Below, in pieces: positions 62,640 to 64,000 of a DNA stretch of 64,000 nt (its first letter is position 1; every line of letters begins with the position of its first letter). The notes below the pieces were generated by a model. The model saw nothing but the letters and a program-made list of their open reading frames with translations. It was not told where the DNA came from and searched no databases. Location: contig CBFFRP010000096.1 of NCBI GenBank assembly GCA_965644295.1, positions 81,344 to 145,343 on the forward strand, given 5' to 3'. This stretch comes from Paraphysomonas bandaiensis. Lineage: Eukaryota; Protista; Chrysophyceae. The position numbers and the translations under genes were made by a program.

Positions 62640-64000
62640 GAGGCTAAAAAACGAAGGGAGGGGGACAAGGGCAAGCCTTTTTCTACCCCACATGCCCCTC
62701 AAGGGGCCTCTTCTCTTCGAGTGTTTCCAATTACAACCTTCGGTTGTAATTCCTTCTCTTTGTGAGTTTAACTTATAACTTATTATTAATAAGTTATAAT
62801 TACTTTATATATTATTTATATTCTTAAATAAAATTAATTACTTTATATATTATTTATAATGTTTATAATAAAAAGTAATATAGATAACAAAGTAGATTTA
62901 ATAAGTAGATTTAATAGTAGATATAGGGGGAGGGAAAAATTAAAATGAAAAATAATTTAAATTTGTAAGGTTTGTAAAACCCCGGGATTCTACCATAAAA
63001 ACTACTTATTAAATCTACTTTGTTATCTATATGACTTTTTTATAATAATGTATAATGGCAATGCTTAAAGCTCTGGAATGTAGTTGTAGTGATATAATGG
63101 CGAAGCTTTAAGCAAAAACTCATAAAACCTTGAATTCTAATTTAAATATAGAATATAATAATGTAATGCTATATTATATATAGATGTCAATTTATACAAA
63201 GCCCAAAACAAGCAATAATGCCATTTTCAATGCAGAAAATCATAAACAGATTGAAAATATATATAAAATGGTTTAAAAAGAAATTATTATATATATATTA
63301 TTACTATGATTGAAGAATGGAAAGTGATTGATGGATACAACAATAACTATAGTGTATCAAACAAAGGAAATGTAAAGAATAACAATACGGAAAGAATATT
63401 AAAGCAAACTATAAATAGAGATGGTTACCATAGACTCAGTCTTTATGTTGATAGAAAGCAAAAAACAGTTGAGATTCATCGATTAGTTGCAATAGCGTTT
63501 ATACCAAATCCAGAAAATAAGCCTTGTGTAGATCATATAAATAATAACACATTAGACAACAATGTTAATAATTTGAGATGGGCAACCGCAAAAGAGAATC
63601 AATATAACCAAAAATTAAGCAAAGCAAACAAATGTGGAGTAAAAGGCGTATGTTATAACAAAAGAGATAAGAAATGGCGAGCGTCAATAACAGTAGATGG
63701 AATTAAAATCCACATTGGAAGCTTCGACACAATGGAAGAAGCAAAACAAGCAAGAATAAAAAGAGCGAATAAAGCATTCGGAGTCTTCATAAATGCCTGT
63801 GAAAAAGAAGAAGAACCCCTTACATAACAATAACAATGAATATAACGAATACGATACATACAACCAAACAAAGACAACATACCTGAAATGCACTCATAAT
63901 GACATCATCATATTTCCTTTATTATATCACAATGATATATACACAATGACAATGAATATATATATATGCATATATATTCTCGTAGACAAACAAACAACAT
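62640..64000. mobile_element. AT-rich virus-like/foreign insert (possible endogenous virus or Polinton-like element edge); boundaries approximate
   Basis: Abrupt compositional shift, nested palindromes and inverted repeats, and a phage/large-DNA-virus-type HNH gene. No capsid or integrase seen inside the window. Confidence 0.45.
63306..63827 (+). CDS. NUMOD4-HNH-AP2 homing endonuclease-like protein
   Basis: EEWKVIDGY..YSVSNKGNVKN (NUMOD4), IHRLVAIAFIPNPENKPCVDHINNNTLDNNVNNLRW (HNH), GVKGVCYNKRDKKWRASI...HIGSFDTMEEA (AP2-like). Intronless and very AT-rich. Confidence 0.9.
   Translation: MIEEWKVIDGYNNNYSVSNKGNVKNNNTERILKQTINRDGYHRLSLYVDRKQKTVEIHRLVAIAFIPNPENKPCVDHINNNTLDNNVNNLRWATAKENQYNQKLSKANKCGVKGVCYNKRDKKWRASITVDGIKIHIGSFDTMEEAKQARIKRANKAFGVFINACEKEEEPLT

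Overview
Eukaryotic nuclear DNA, gene-dense, with many short (about 30-60 nt) GT-AG introns. The gene repertoire suggests a flagellated protist, probably a stramenopile (inference, not tested). Conventional genes: a secreted 2OG-Fe(II) oxygenase, HID1, a small mitochondrial-type membrane protein, a LicD-family transferase, eIF3b, a long coiled-coil protein, queuine tRNA-ribosyltransferase, NOL12/Rrp17, a HELQ/POLQ-type helicase, a p24 cargo receptor, a large IQ/B-box protein and an ABCG half transporter. Three unusual multidomain genes emerge once the exons are joined by hand. (1) A 1227-aa HD-phosphoesterase / P-loop polynucleotide kinase / T4-Rnl1-type RNA ligase, which looks like a self-contained RNA break repair enzyme (55293-59017). 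(2) An F-box / CDK-like pseudokinase / cyclin single-chain fusion (42258-45150). (3) A degenerate FolD domain fused to five nearly identical 1209-bp phosphagen kinase domains (20613-27675). Mobile DNA includes RNase H-bearing non-LTR retrotransposon remnants with a covarying three-way-junction 3' structure and a ~535-bp flanking duplication, a truncated Copia element ending in a ~190-bp fold-back, a TIR-bounded segment, and an AT-rich virus-like segment with a NUMOD4-HNH-AP2 endonuclease at the right edge. All calls come from motif reading and manual splicing; no database searches were run.
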